From: Piromyces finnis finn
Taxonomy: Eukaryota; Fungi; Neocallimastigomycota
NCBI GenBank assembly: GCA_002104945.1
Contig: MCFH01000078.1
Location: 151,785 to 215,784 of the forward strand
DNA length: 64,000 nucleotides
Direction: 5' to 3'
Below, piece after piece: positions 14,785 to 29,600 of this stretch; within the stretch, counting starts at the first letter, position 1; each line of letters begins with the position of its first letter. The position numbers and the translations under genes were made by a program. The notes under the pieces are model-generated. The model did no database searches. It was not told the origin of the DNA and saw nothing but the letters and a program-made list of their open reading frames with translations.

Positions 14785-15140
14785 AATTTAGATAATTAGT
14801 TAATAATAGTAATAGTTCTAATAATCCGGTGAATATTAATGTGAATGATTATCCTAGTGTGTGTAATAAAATATTTAAATTCCTTCTTGGGGGAAAAAGT
14901 TTTAACAATATCAATTTCAATTCAATGGAATGGAAAGAACTTTGCAAGTGTCAGATTCAATCTGGTACTAACGAAGGAACACCATTCTTGACGGTAACCG
15001 CGGAACTTCTAACCAAAATCATGCCTTTTGTTATTGGCCAGCAATGACCAATGTTCAAGAGGTTTGAAGCAACATCCAAGAGCGTCAATGCTGAAGAAAC
15101 AGTAAGACAGGCCAGGAGGGCCAGCGCAACCAATGGAGAT
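14785..15140 (+). mobile_element. 5'-truncated LINE copy (C-terminal coding region), inactivated
   Basis: High identity to 63704-64000 (KIFKFLLGG...WKELCK..QIQS.TNEGTPFLTVTAELLTKIMPF.IGQQ). TGA at 15045-15047 where the intact copy has TGG. Confidence 0.93.
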
Positions 15141-16400
15141 CATAATTTTGTCCCATGGCAAATTTTTGATCTTTGACTAGGTGTTCCATTGGAAGTCAAA
15201 TACAATTTAGTATATTAGTGGCTTTCTTACTTTGATTAAAATTATTAGAATACATTATACCCAATTTTTATTCATTTGTGTTTGTGTTTATTTAAACTTT
15301 TTTTTTTTTTTTTTTTTTTAATTTTTATTATTTTATTTTTATTTTTACTTATAATTTTACTTAAATTAATAAAGTTTAAAAATATTTGTTGCCTTAATAG
15401 AAAAGTATATCAGGTAATTATTTAAAATCATTGAAAAAAATATATATATTATATTATTTATGCCAATAATTGAATAATGTCTAGGTTTAAAACAACCACT
15501 AAGAATATTAATACTATTAATATTAAGACAGGTCAGTAAAATTTGGCACTATTAATATAAAGTATAATTTTGCTTTTTTGAAATTATAATATGAAAAAAG
15601 CTAATTATTTTTTTTTTAATTTTGATATTATGATATTGTGAATATCTACTTTGTCATTATAATAGTTTTCCTAGTTAGGCCATCTTTATCACTATAGTTA
15701 AACAGATGTTTCTAATTGATTATTTATTACTTTTTTTTTCCTTAGTTATACCATCTTTATTGTTAAATCTAAACCGATCTCTTTATTTATTATTATTTTT
15801 TAATTAATTATTTTTATTTTTTTTACCATGATTTTTACTTCTTATGAATTTTTTTTTGTTTCTATTTCTATTTTCTTATTTTTTTTAATTCTTTTTGTAA
15901 TCAAAGTAATCAAAACTGATATATATATATTTTGTTAAATTATTCACAAAAAGTGATTTAAATTTATAAAGTTTAAAAATACATTGTCTATTTTTAATTA
16001 TTTTATATCATTACTTTCTAAATGGCTTTTATTTAAAGTTATAAAAATTAGAATAGTTTAAATTCTTTTTTTAATAAAATGAATTATTTATCATAATAAT
16101 TATATATTACTTTTTTTTTATATTTATATAATATATAGTAATAATAATAACAGAAACACAATAATAATAGCAGTTATTGTTCCAATTAATATTTTTTTTT
16201 GCATCAATAATTTAGTTAATATTAAAATATCCATTTATTCTAATGTATCCAAAACATATTTATTTGAGTGTAAAATATAAGAAATAAAAATACATGAGAA
16301 TAAAAATGAAATAAACTTTATAAGACATCAAATTAAAATAAGAACTTGTTTAGTAGCACTATTCGCTATTATTAAAAAGTCCCTTGAAACCCTTTTTATC

Positions 16401-16487
16401 AAAATCATGCCTTATGTTATTGGTTAGGAATGAAAAGTATCGATATTGAAGAAAAATGTAGAAGACTAGCAAGGATGGTGCAACTAA
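16401..16487 (+). mobile_element. Old, highly diverged remnant of the same LINE 3' region
   Basis: aaaatcatgccttatgttattggttaggaatg resembles aaaatcatgccttttgttattggccagcaatg (~15016-15047), followed by a degenerate ..tgaagaaa..gcaac match. Confidence 0.6.
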
Positions 16488-16799
16488 GATTAATTATGAT
16501 TTTAATTTTACCTTTTAAGCTATCCAAAAAGTCAATTATAATTGTTATTTTATTTCATGTGTAATAGTGTCCTTTTTTTTATTTCATTTTTTGATTAGAA
16601 TTATTATAATAAATTATACATATTTTTTTTATCCACATATATTCTATTAATAAAGTTTCAGTTTTTTTTGTAGTTGTTAAAGAGTAAAGTGGAAAATAGT
16701 TTATGTATACATTTAAAAATTTAAAGTAATTGTAAATAGAAATTATATATATATTTCAATAATATTATTCATTTAATTTGGCTTTACGACATATTAATA

Positions 16800-18205
16800 T
16801 AGATGTTTCACATATCTATTCTGTAATAGTCGTAGCACCACTATCAGGACAGGAATTTGTAAGAACCTCATTTGTAGAACCATCACTATATACATTATAA
16901 ACATAATTATTACGATTAAATTTAAATGGTAGCATTTAAAACTACTGAGTTTTCATCAACTTTAACCATTACAATGGAGTTATCACTAGTAGTGCCGTAG
17001 AAATAATTGTTAGCCCCAACATTTAAAAGATAAACCTTGGCTGGAGATTGAAGTACAGGAATATACATCATCATTATTATTTATAGAATAAACATTTTTT
17101 CTACTTTAGAACATTCAATTTCATCGGATATTGATGATTTACAATAGAATAATAACCTTTTATACCTTTATCTCCAATATTACTTTGAGTGAGATGGTTT
17201 TTATTAACAAGGTAGTAGTTTTTGTTATCTCAACTCAAACCTGATTCTACACGACATCCTTTATTTTCTATTATTTTAATTAAATGTAAATTTGATAAGA
17301 TTAAAATAAGATAATAAAATAAAAATGGTTAATCCATATAAATTTTTAAATATAAAATACACTATAATTATTATTCTTTGTTTTTTTTTTTTTTTTTTAA
17401 AAAAAATTCTATTTAAATAGGGTTAAATATTTAATCTCTATTACTTATACTATAAGATTCCAGAATCAAAACCAAAAGTACCTCTATTATAACCATTAGT
17501 ACTTTTCTTTAATGATATATTTTTATTATTTTCTTTTATACTCTGAATTTTTGTATATTTTGGCATGTTCATATATTACTATATAAAGTCGTCATATATA
17601 CAATATTTTCCTAAATCAAGAGCAATGAATTCTGAAATATTACAAGAATTATTTATTTGTACAAGAAGTCGTAATCTCTGTAGAAATACAAGTTGCACTA
17701 AAAACAATATAGTTATCAGAGTTTATAAAAACATAATTTATTGTTGTTGCTAAACTATTAATTTCAATAGAACTTGAATCAACACTTTCTCTATACAATT
17801 TATAATCCTTTGTAAAATCACCATATTTAGTACAAGATGGTTCTGATGTAATGAATGCGTTTATTTTTACCTTTTCCAATTAAATAAGTTTCATTATTTA
17901 AAATTTTAATATAACCATAAGTTTGTTTATATTGATTTTCGACACAATTTCTTAATGCATATTTTATTATATCTGATACATTTTGATCTGATACATTCAT
18001 AGTTTGAGCTATAGCATTTCTATTGAATTTAGTTAAATTAATTCTATTTGGTAATACAATGTTTTAGTAGTTATAAATAATTTTGTATTTTCGTTCAAGG
18101 CAATAATCTTATTACCCTTTATACAATAACCATTAGCAATTTGACTAACATTATAAGAAGATAAACCGATATTAACATTACCAATAGTACATTCATTAAT
18201 TATTA
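16800..18205 (-). pseudogene. Frameshifted, stop-containing copy of scaffoldin-type repeat exons
   Basis: From an AG acceptor at 18206 it reads VIINECTIG..QIANGYCIKGNKIIAL, then (frameshift ~18060) NVSDQNVSDIIKYALRNC..KQTYGYIK, then (frameshift ~17880) SCTKYGDFTKDYKL..IEINS. This parallels exon 33560-32997. Further degenerate pieces at 16800-17270 contain in-frame stops and shifts. Confidence 0.8.
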
Positions 18206-18499
18206 CTTTAAATAAAAATATATAAATAATAATAAAAGATTATTAATATTATTTTATATATATGTAAATAAATTAAAATACAAATAAAAAATTAAATAGT
18301 TTATCATAATAAATACCATTATTTAAAATAAAAAAGTAGAAATATTTTCAATCAATTTTTTATCCTTTAATTCTTTTGAATTTAGAGATTATTGCACTTC
18401 ATCATATCTTTTAATTCAAGTTTTTTTTATCTTCAGTCCAATATTTAATTGGAATATTACTTAAAAAAAAAAAAGATAAATTTACTTTAATATATTTAT

Positions 18500-18572
18500 A
18501 TAAATGAAACTAAATATATATATTTAATATAAAATTAAAATATATTAAATATATATATTTAGTTTCGTTTAT
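18500..18572. repeat. 32-bp inverted repeat (31/32 match) with 9-nt spacer; hairpin/cruciform
   Basis: Arm 18500-18531 ataaatgaaactaaatatatatatttaatata versus arm 18541-18572 tatattaaatatatatatttagtttcgtttat. Confidence 0.85.
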
Positions 18573-19618
18573 TAAAAATACTAAGTAAATAATATAAAAG
18601 ATATTTAAAAATATATAATTTTTAGTATTATTGGTATAGTTTATTGTCCATAACTAAATAAGAAAAAGTAATAATTCAATTGGACATTTATATAAAAATC
18701 ATGAATTAGTTGAAAATAAAAGATCAAATTACCTATATTTCAATACATTTCTTATTGTTAAAATAGTATTATAATAACTAATATGTTTTTATATAATATT
18801 TTATTTTTTTTCAATAAAATAGATAAAAAAAAAATACTAATTAATGTCAAAAGGATAATGATTAAACAAATTAATTAAAATAATTTTTCAATCGATTTTT
18901 TTTATCAAGTCTTTAAATAAAATGTTTCCTTTTTAAAACTTTTTTATAATTAAAATAATTAGTTAAATTAAACTACCATTTTAAGATTAATAAACTTATA
19001 TATAATTAATAGTGTTTAACTTTTTTTCTCTTCATTCATTTATTTTTTCAAGTTACAATAAACAATATAAATAATTAATAACATTTAATTTTATAATCAC
19101 TTTAAATATTAATAATAATTTTTTTTTTAAGAAAGATACAAATTATAAACATATATATATGTATTTTTTTTTTAAAAAAAATAAAATTTTATTATTTCTC
19201 TTTCTCTTTTTCTCTAAACAAAGTTTTATATTTATAAATTAGTGAAAATCCTAATTTAGTCACTTTTAACTTCACTTTATTCTTATAAATTACATATACA
19301 CAATGATTTAATTAAATATCAATTTAATTTTTTTTATTAAAAACTTTAAAAAAAAAAGATGGTAAATAAAAAATAAATTAAAAATTTTATGGAACATCCT
19401 AAAAAACAGGATATTTTTTTTTTTTTAAAAATTTGGAAGTAGTTTAATTAAAAAAAAAAAATAAAAAAATGGAATTATTAATAATTATGCGAAAAAGGCT
19501 ATACCATGGTTTATTAAAGGAAAAGAAATAACTAAAATAATTGGAAATATGATTATAATTTACAAAATATTTAATGATATATGAATATATATTTTATTCA
19601 TGTGTAATAATTATATAT

Positions 19619-19653
<35 letters not shown>

Positions 19654-20643
19654 AGAATATATTTTTATTAATAAGTTATTCATTTATAAAATAAGACTGT
19701 AATTCATTTTCTTTCTTCTTTCTACCTATATAGAATTTATTTAATTAAAAGTGAAATGGATAAAAAACTCTCTCCATTTTTTTTTAATTTTTTTTAATAA
19801 AACATCCTAAATTGTTAATTTTAAACAAAAAAAATTAAAGTTTTTAAACTAATCTGAGATTAATTAAAAGATTTTATTATTTTATTTTTTAATTTATTTC
19901 TTTTAATCTTTTTGGTACCCAATCAAGGAAAAAAAAAGTTACTAAGAAAGCTTTTAGGTAAAGAAAAAAAGTTTTACTATATAATATAATCTTATAATTT
20001 TATTTATAATAAATATAATGATTTAATATTTTAGTATAATTATAATATTATATATTAATATATATATATATTTTGAGTTATTCTGAATAAATTTTTATAA
20101 TATTTAAATGTTCATTCTATTTCTTAAAAGTTCTAATTTTTCATTATGATATAATAAAGTAGATTATTAACAAACATAATCGCAATAGATTTGCTAATTT
20201 TTATAACATATTAATGTATAAATAAATGAAATCATATCTATTTAAAATAAAATATTTTGCATTATAAGAATAAAATAAAAAAAAAAACAGTAATAATAAT
20301 TATAGTAATATATTAAGAATATGTATAATGTGTAATTGTATATAATATATTTATATTTTTTTATTATTTTTTTAATACGTGTTATTTAAAATTTTTTGTT
20401 ATTTTATATATTTGTTTATTAAATGATTATTAAATTGGTTATATATATAATGAAAAAAATTTTTAATGGATATTAAATAGTAAAGCAATAAAATAGAAAA
20501 AGGTTGTATAATTAAACAAGGATAAGAGAAATAATAAAAAACAATTAATAATTTTTTTAATATTAAATAATTATAAATTTATTAAATACTAAATCTTAAA
20601 GTAATATAAATATATTTATTTTCCCATTATTATTCTGTATTTA

Positions 20644-23600
20644 TTAAACCAATATAAAGAAAAGGAATATTATATTTAATGTAAAAAGTGTAGTAGTGAG
20701 GAGGGATGGATAAAGATAATGGAAAGAGGCAGCACTAATATTACATTTCTCCGGATTTTCTTCGCTCTCTTCACATTCAGCATAACCCATTTTTTCAATT
20801 GAACAAATTTTTAAATCTTTAGTTTCATGATCTAACTGAACGAAATTGTTAATACAAACTAAATTAAAATCGGCTTTCTTTTCCTCGGCATTATAGGTAC
20901 AATTTGTATAAACGCCAACTACTGAATCAAGGAAATGACGGCGTTGAAGAACAGCAGTTGAATTGTTATTATTAATAATGGCAGAAAGTGCACTTTGAAT
21001 TTCTTCAGGATATTCTTTTGTTAAAGCTACTGGGAAGTTTACAACAACCTTCTTGTTGAAATAACAATGACGAGCCATAACGTGAGTAAGTCGACCGTTA
21101 GATTCACAGTAGTAATATTGATTTTCAATGAAATAATATTGACCATGGGCACAATAATAACGACTACATTCTGTAGGTTCTAATTCTTCTGAATCATATA
21201 TACAATTATATATTTCTCCAGTTTGGGTTAAGATATATTCTGAATTCGTTATTAATTTACATTCTTCACCTGTCATTTCTTTTTTCTTTTGGCAATGATA
21301 CATTTCTTCATCTATGGTATAGTAATATCCAAGAGCTGCTTTTTTTCCCAAGGTAAAGGTGATAATATTATCAGAACTCTTTTCAATTTTATAAATATAT
21401 TTGGCGTCAGGAGAGGTAGATATTAAAGCATACCCCGAATTTTCAGGAATCTTCCACTCATTATTATTATAACGAAGTAAAAGTTTGGCTTCTTCATCAT
21501 AATAATAGCTATCATTCTCAGGTTCATACACCTTACAAATTGATTTTTCACAACCGTATATTAAAATATTGTCTATTTTCTTTCTGAAATATTGAATAGT
21601 ACTATTTGTATAACGACTTATTAAGTGATATCCGGTAGTTTCAATTCTTTCGGCCTTATTAATACTCATAGAGTATAAATATTTACCATATCCATAAATA
21701 TTTTTTGTGATGCTTGTTGCCTTAAAACATTCTCCGGTTTCATGATTTTTGATATCTTTACGAACCACTGCTAATTCCCCCTTATATGTAATACAGAATT
21801 CGCGATCATTCATATCGGCATTTGGTGTACATTTATTATTTTTAAAAATACAAATGATGTCCTTATCGTATGCAAATTTATAACCATTATAATCTGTATT
21901 GTAGACAAATATACGTTTATTGGCATCAGTAAAATAAGTTTGAGTAGTGGGTGTATCCAAAATATGACAACTACTACCATTACAACTGTATAATTTTACA
22001 TTTTCATCATTATAAGAAGTAATCTCTTTATCCTTTACAATAATATTCTTTTTGGTGTTAATAAAGTAGTTACCAGCTTCAACAAATTGGAGAACACTAC
22101 CTTTATCCAAGAGATATATATTAGATCCCACTGCGAAATAATTATCGGAATAATCATCTGTTACTTCCACACAATTAGTGATTGTCGTGGTACTTTTGTA
22201 GGTGGCAATTTTACTATCAATAACATTAGGTTTCACTACCACGTTATCAGTGGCGAAATAGAAAACAGAACGTGTTTCATCGGTGCAAATATTACCAGCT
22301 TCTAAATTGGTAGTTGCTGATTTTTTAATAGCATATGCTTGAGTGATATAACATTTTCTATTATCATATTCGCATATTGGAATAGCATCAATTTCAGCAG
22401 TGGTAAGAGCATTACATTTACCTAAAACACAACGAATAATACCATAAGATTCATTACTATCTCTGGATGAAATTTTAATTTTTTCATTATGTGGTGTTTG
22501 TAATTCTTCATTTTTTTGGAATTCATTATTATTATCAGTAATATTATCTATTGATAATTCTTTATTGACATGACTAGAATTACTTTTTAGATTGTAGAAC
22601 TCTTTTTCTACTTCATTTTCACGCTTTTTGTTTGAATCTGATATGTTTCGGAGAGCACTTCGGAAAATACCATTGGTAATACTAATGTATTTACATTTAC
22701 CATTATCTTTACAACTAATTAAAACACTTGGATTGTTGGAAATATAGAAACCAGTATTTGATTCTTCTATATCGCAATTTATTGTATTACCATTTTCTGT
22801 ACAATTAATTAAACCATTTGAATTTTCACTAGAATCAGCATTATTATAATAATTAACTGAAGGAATAATCTCTACACATAAACTACTGGATGTACATTGA
22901 ATTAAGCGTTCCTTATTATATGTTAAATAATATCCTACCTTTCCTTTTACTTCTTTACATCCTTTTTGTTTGGAACATTCAATAAGTGGATAAAAGTCCC
23001 TATTTTCACCAGCATTTACATATATGATCTTTTTTTGTGAACTAATTTCAGTAAAACTACAACTGTTTTGACCATTGCAATAAATTATTCCTGCACCATC
23101 ATGAGCTAAATAGAAACCTGTCGTCACTGTTTTTGTAGCACAAACATTATTGGAGCATTGTATTAAACTGTTCTTGTCTGAATCATAACCATTATTTTCA
23201 TAGTATGAAGTTACTTTAGATTGTTCAACTCTACATTTTGTACCTTTATTTTCACATTTTATTAAGGAGGCATGCTTCGATCTACCAGCTAAATTACTGG
23301 TTATGACATATCCAGTAACATCAGCTTGTGAAAGGTGCTTATTCTCGTTACAGAAAAGTGCCTCTTTATTTTCAGAATTATATAAGTAGGTATAAGGAGT
23401 ACATTCTGGTCGTATTATACATTCCATGTTAGTAGAATCACAATCGTATACTGTTGCATTCTCTTCATTTTTATCTGTTTCTTTCACTAATTTCCCATTT
23501 TTATCAATAACCACAACACCACTTTGATAGAAACGATTAATGGTATATTGTGTAATTTTAAATAGAATTAACATATCCTTTGTAATTCCTGGGAAGTTAC

Positions 23601-26600
23601 CGGCTAGAATGAATGAATAGGTATAGTAATTCTCTGTATTAGTAGTATATATTGCTGTAGAATTCTTTTGAGGATAGAATAATAATTTATTTTCTTTGTA
23701 ACAGTAATTACCACCAACAGCGTCCTCATCCTTCTTTGGACAATTGCCTTTTTCTGCAATACATATGCCATTGACAGTACCACACTTTATCACAGGATTT
23801 TCTGGATCACCAGCATTAACATAGTAACCAATATCAACTTTGCGAGTTTCACATCCAGTTTCTTCATTACAAATAATAGTTTGGTTGATTGCTTGATTGT
23901 AACCAGAGTTAAGATAATAACCTTGGGAGGTGAAATCTCGTTTTAATAAGCATGCTGAAGTATTACATACAATTAAGCCATATAGTTCATCTTCATTCTT
24001 ACCCAAATAATATGTTGGTCCCTTAGAAGGAGTTATTTTTTCACAAAAATGATTTGAACAGGATATAACAGCATTTACAAGACTATCAGTTTTTTCAGCA
24101 TTTACGTAATATTCGACAACTGTAGATGGCAGGTCAATACGAATAATTTTGCAACCGTCAATGTTAGTACATTGAATTAATTGATGGTTATCTTTTGCAT
24201 AATTGGAATTAAGATAATATCCAATCACATTTCTATATAATTCTGTACAAGTGATTGCTGTGGTAGTTTCATTTTCCTTACTAGAACATTCAATTATACT
24301 ATTTTTATTTAAATCGCCGGCGTTTATATAGTATTCATTACTATTCAAAGTAGGTGATGAAATAGAAACTTGACAACCATTATTTTTACTACATTTAATT
24401 AATGGATAATCCTTTTTATTACTACCATAATTTACATAAACATCCTTAGCTTGAGCATTTTGTATATTACAGGTTACTGTATTAGATGAGTAGGAACATT
24501 GAATTAAAGTATCATTTAAATGATTAGGAAGATAGTTACCAGAATTAACAAAAAACTGTGATAACTTTGAGTCAGTCACGGTGATAGTGGAAAGAATGCA
24601 ACCCTTTTCTTTATCACAAATAATTAATGGAAGTGGCGTGTTATTTTCTAGATCAACAGAACTGTTCAGGTAAACATCACCATCGTGACCATTAATAATA
24701 TCACAAATTATTTTTGCTTGTACACTTTTACAACGAATAAGGTTATTTACCAATGGATCATCCTTATTATTTATGGAATCATAGTTAACAAAATATGCAA
24801 AACCTTTAATATCTTTACTTAATGATAAAATTTCACAAGGTTTACCCTCACGGCATTGAATTAAATCACCTATATCAGAAGAATTAATATAGATACCATT
24901 ATCTTGCCCATCACCAAGTTCACATTTTATCATTTTTCCATTATTACTACATATAATTAAATCCTTAATATGTTCAATTTCATGTGGATTTTTAGTAAGA
25001 TCACTAGCATTTAAATAAATTTCATTTCTGGTGGTTAATGCAAAACTATTTCTAGCTTTACATCCATTTTGTTCGGTACAATAAATGATTTGAGAATTAT
25101 TGAAAGCATTAATATAAACATCATTATTAACGGTTGGATATATTTCACATTTATCACTACATTGAATAATAGTATCTTTAAGAAGAACAGACTCGGTATG
25201 CCCAGCATTAACATAATAAATATAATTATTAATATCTGATGTCACTGATACTTCCTTACAGCTCTCTCCTTTTTGACACAAAATAATGGGTTTATTATTT
25301 TTTGTAGCTTCGTAGGCTGCGTTCAAGTAAACATCGTCGTTTTGTGCAGATTCTACTTTACAATCAATAATAGAATTGTTATTGGTACATTTAATTAAAT
25401 CGTCTTTTAATATTTTATCATTGGTTTCATCACTATTAACAAAGTATTGTGGTTTACTAATAATGGCTGTACTAATAGTTAATTCACAAATACCATTTAA
25501 ACATCTAATTAAATGGTTTTGAGTATCAGCAGTGGATAAATAATTAGCATTTAGATAGATATGACAACCTGTTTTAAATTCATTTTTTATAATTACGCAT
25601 TGATTAGCTTTAGAACATTTGATGAGACTCATATTAGTAGTGTCACCACCATTGATATAATACTCAGAAAAAGTATCAGTTGGATTTGTAGCAGCAGCAA
25701 GACAACCTTCTTGTTTTGTACATCTAATAATTTGAGTAGCATTTGCAGCATTTAAATAAATTTGTTTATCAGAAGCTTTAGTCGTGTCTTGAGATGTTGT
25801 ACAAATTGCAGTTTTGTTCGATTTGATTTCGCATTGTATTAAAGAATCAGCAAGTTTTTCTGTTTTTCCACCATTAATATAATATTCATTTTTACCTTCA
25901 ATACTATTATTATTTGAATATGCATGACAGCCATTATCTTTTGAACAACGAATAAGATAATTTATTTTATCGTAATTTATTGTATCGTAGTTTTTATTTA
26001 AAAAGAAGGTTTCATGAACTTTGATTCCATCAATTATATTGGAAATATCTTTTGTAACACATGAAACAGTTGAAGGATTTGAGCACTCAATTAAAGTATT
26101 TACAAGAGATTTAGAGTCATAAGCACCAGCATTAACATAATATTCAAAAGAATTAGATGAAACTGTATTCGCAGTTGAAAGACATTTTCCTTCAGCACAT
26201 ATAATTAATTGGTTATTGTCAGTGCTTTTCTCATTAGTAGTAGTTTTCAAATTGGCATTCAAATAGACATCATTAGCATGTCCATCAACTTCTTTGCATG
26301 TTTCTTCACACTTGATTAAGAGTTTAATATATGTATTAGTATTATCTGACTTTAGACTTATGGTATCTCTTTCATTGTTGGTGGATGTATTTGCTGTTTC
26401 CGCATTAATATAGAAAATTGGATTATGACTACTACCAATACCACCATAGGAAGTACATTTTGTATCATAACAATGAATCAATGCTTTATTGTAACTATTA
26501 ATATATATATTATTAACAGCAGCTGTAGTAACAAATTCAACATTAGCTCTTAAGGTAACAGAATTCTTTTCCTTTCCAGATTGAGGTGAAGAGACAGAAT

Positions 26601-29600
26601 CAGTGAATGAAACTTTAATAATAGCGTCTGTAAGATCAGTCGAATCACCATGAACATAATGCTCAATAATATTTTTATTTGGATTCTTATTACTATAAGG
26701 AACACATCCATTAGCAGAACATTTTATAAGATAATTAATATTGTCATGGTTATTATAGTTTTTATTAATATAGAAAATTTCTTTATCATCATTATTAATT
26801 TTTTCGGTAATATCTTCAACTGTACACTGGGAGGTGTTGCAATATATCATTCCTTCAACTAATTTATTTTCATCACTTGCTCCAGCATTATTATAATATT
26901 CTTTTGTACTTGAACTTTTACCATTAATGGTTGTACATATTCCATCATAGCATCCAATAAGGTAATTATTATCCACAGGTTGATTACCATTTAAATATAC
27001 GTAATTTTCACCGCTTGATTCGATTGTACAAGCTCCTCCAGATGATAAACATTTTATTAAAAGATTTTTATAAGGTTCTGTAATGGTAGCACCACCATTA
27101 ACATAATATACATTGCTTTCCTTCCTTTCTTTTATACTGGTGTCAATATCACTTGTATTGCATTTATATTCACTACAAATAATTAAACGGTTTGTTGTGT
27201 CCCCATAATTATTAGTAGTTACGGATGAATCTATATAATTTGAATTTATAAAAACATCATAGTCCTTAATTTCTGTTCCATATTCAACGCAATTACCGCT
27301 TCCTGAGCATTTAATTAAAAGACCTTTATAACTCACATTTTCACTTTCATTATTTCCAGAACCATTAATGAAAAATGCTGATACATTTGAATTTCCTAAA
27401 GGACCATTAAATGCTTCACATGTATTACTTCCATAGCATCGTATCAAATTGCCATTATAACTGTTAATATAAATATCATTTTCTTTTGGTGTGTTGAATA
27501 ATGTACACTTACTAAAAGTATCATCATCAATACTTACATTATTATTTGCGTCAATTGATTTAATTTTACAAGAAATAATTGATGCACTAAAGTTAGATTC
27601 TAATGGTGCTCCATGAACATAATATTCAATTGTATTTTCAATAGCATTAGTATTTGAATAAGTATTACAAGTATTAGAAGAAGAACAATGAATAAGATAG
27701 TTCATGTCCTTATCTGTACCTTTACCATAGTTAGCATTAATGTAAAATACATCTTGTGACGTACTTGCTCCAACTGTTACAGTTTCAGCAACACATGATA
27801 TTTTTGATATTTCTGAATTATACTTACATAAAATTAATGGATACGATTCATTACTACTATTTTCAGTATAGATATTAGAATTAACATAATATTCATTATC
27901 GTTAGCTGTAGCTGAACTTTTCTGTATCTCACATTTACTATTATTACATATAATTAAATGATTTGTACTATCAGTTGGACCAGTGTTTTCTGAAGAGTTA
28001 CTATTGAAATTACCATTAAGATATATATAATTAAGACCGCCGTCTGTAGGAGTGCAAGCCCCACTATTTCTACATTGAATTAAAAGATTAGAGTAAGTTT
28101 CAGATGTTGTAGTCGATCCATTAATAAAATATTTATTTCCAGTATTTTCTTCAACAGAAATATTTTTTGCTTTACATTCATTATCTGCACAAATAATTAA
28201 ACGATTTTCAGCATCGCCACTTAAAGAATTTTCTTTATAATTAGCATTAATAAACACATCATTGTCTTTAATTAAATCATTATTATCATCTGTATTATAT
28301 AAGTAGCAATCATTTTTAGAATCACATTTAATTAAACAGCCTTTATAACTAGATTTTGAAGTATCAGTACCTGCATTGATATAGAATCCTGGTATATCAT
28401 CCGTTCCATTACCTTTAATGGATTTACAAGCATTATTGTAACATTGGATAATATTTTTATTATTAAAACTATTAAGATAAATATCACCTTCAGATGGATT
28501 TATTAATTCTACATTAATATTACTTTTTTCACTCCTTTTTTCCGAGGTGGTATCCTTAATTGTTACTTTGATAACTGCTTTTTGTAAACTACCATTATTG
28601 GGAGCACCATGAATATACCATTCTGTGCCGGTTTTTAAAGAAGTACTAGCATATGGAACGCAACCATTATCAATATTACCAACTTTACTACATTTGATTA
28701 AATAATTAGTAGCGTCTAATTCATCAGTTAATCCATAGTTTTCATTTTTAAAAAATACTTCTGTAATTTTATTTCCATCAACTACAGTAATGAGATTTTT
28801 TGTTTGACAACCATATGAATTACATTCAATTAGTGAATCTTCTAATTTTATAGAAGTACCAGCATTAACATAATATTTATTCTCATTTTCACTTTCTTTT
28901 GGTGATTGAATAATATTACATGTGATGGATGGAGATGTTCCAGTACATTTTAATAAAGTACTTGGAGTTTTAGCACCAGTAGTTATAACTCCAGCAGTTT
29001 CATTTAATAAAAAATATCCATATGTAGGTACACAATTTTCTTTTGAACAAGTATAAACGGCAAGTTCTTGAGATTCAGATACTTCAGACGCTTCAACTAA
29101 TATATTACCTGATTCAATTTGAATAAGTGATAAAATTTTTTCATTGGTTTCCAATTCTAAGTTTTCATTCTCTGATGTATATTTGTATAATTTAAGTTTG
29201 CCTTCAGTTTCTATGACATAATACTTTTCATTCTCGCTTACTATATATTTGGTATAAATATTTTATTATTTTAAAAATAAGTTTTCAAATTAATATTTTA
29301 TATGATAGAATTAATTTAACAATTAAAATAATAATATTCATAATTTATAATATATTAATAAAATTAAATAATCTTATAAATATTGATATAAATATTTCAT
29401 TTATATTTTATTTGTGAATGTTACTATTTTCTTTAAAAAACAAATTGAATCAATTATAATAAATTGTGTTTTGTATATATATTATATTATATTAAATTTT
29501 AATATATAAATTTTATAATACCTTTAAGATTTTCAAAATAGAATACATTTGAAGCTGCTCTAATAAAAATTGATGCTTCTAATGAGATCTCAGTAAACTT

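Noticed and set aside
22087-26862. Small plus-strand ORFs (22087, 25561, 26650) inside the giant exon
   Set aside because: Antisense to a clearly coding 8.6-kb exon; no independent features.
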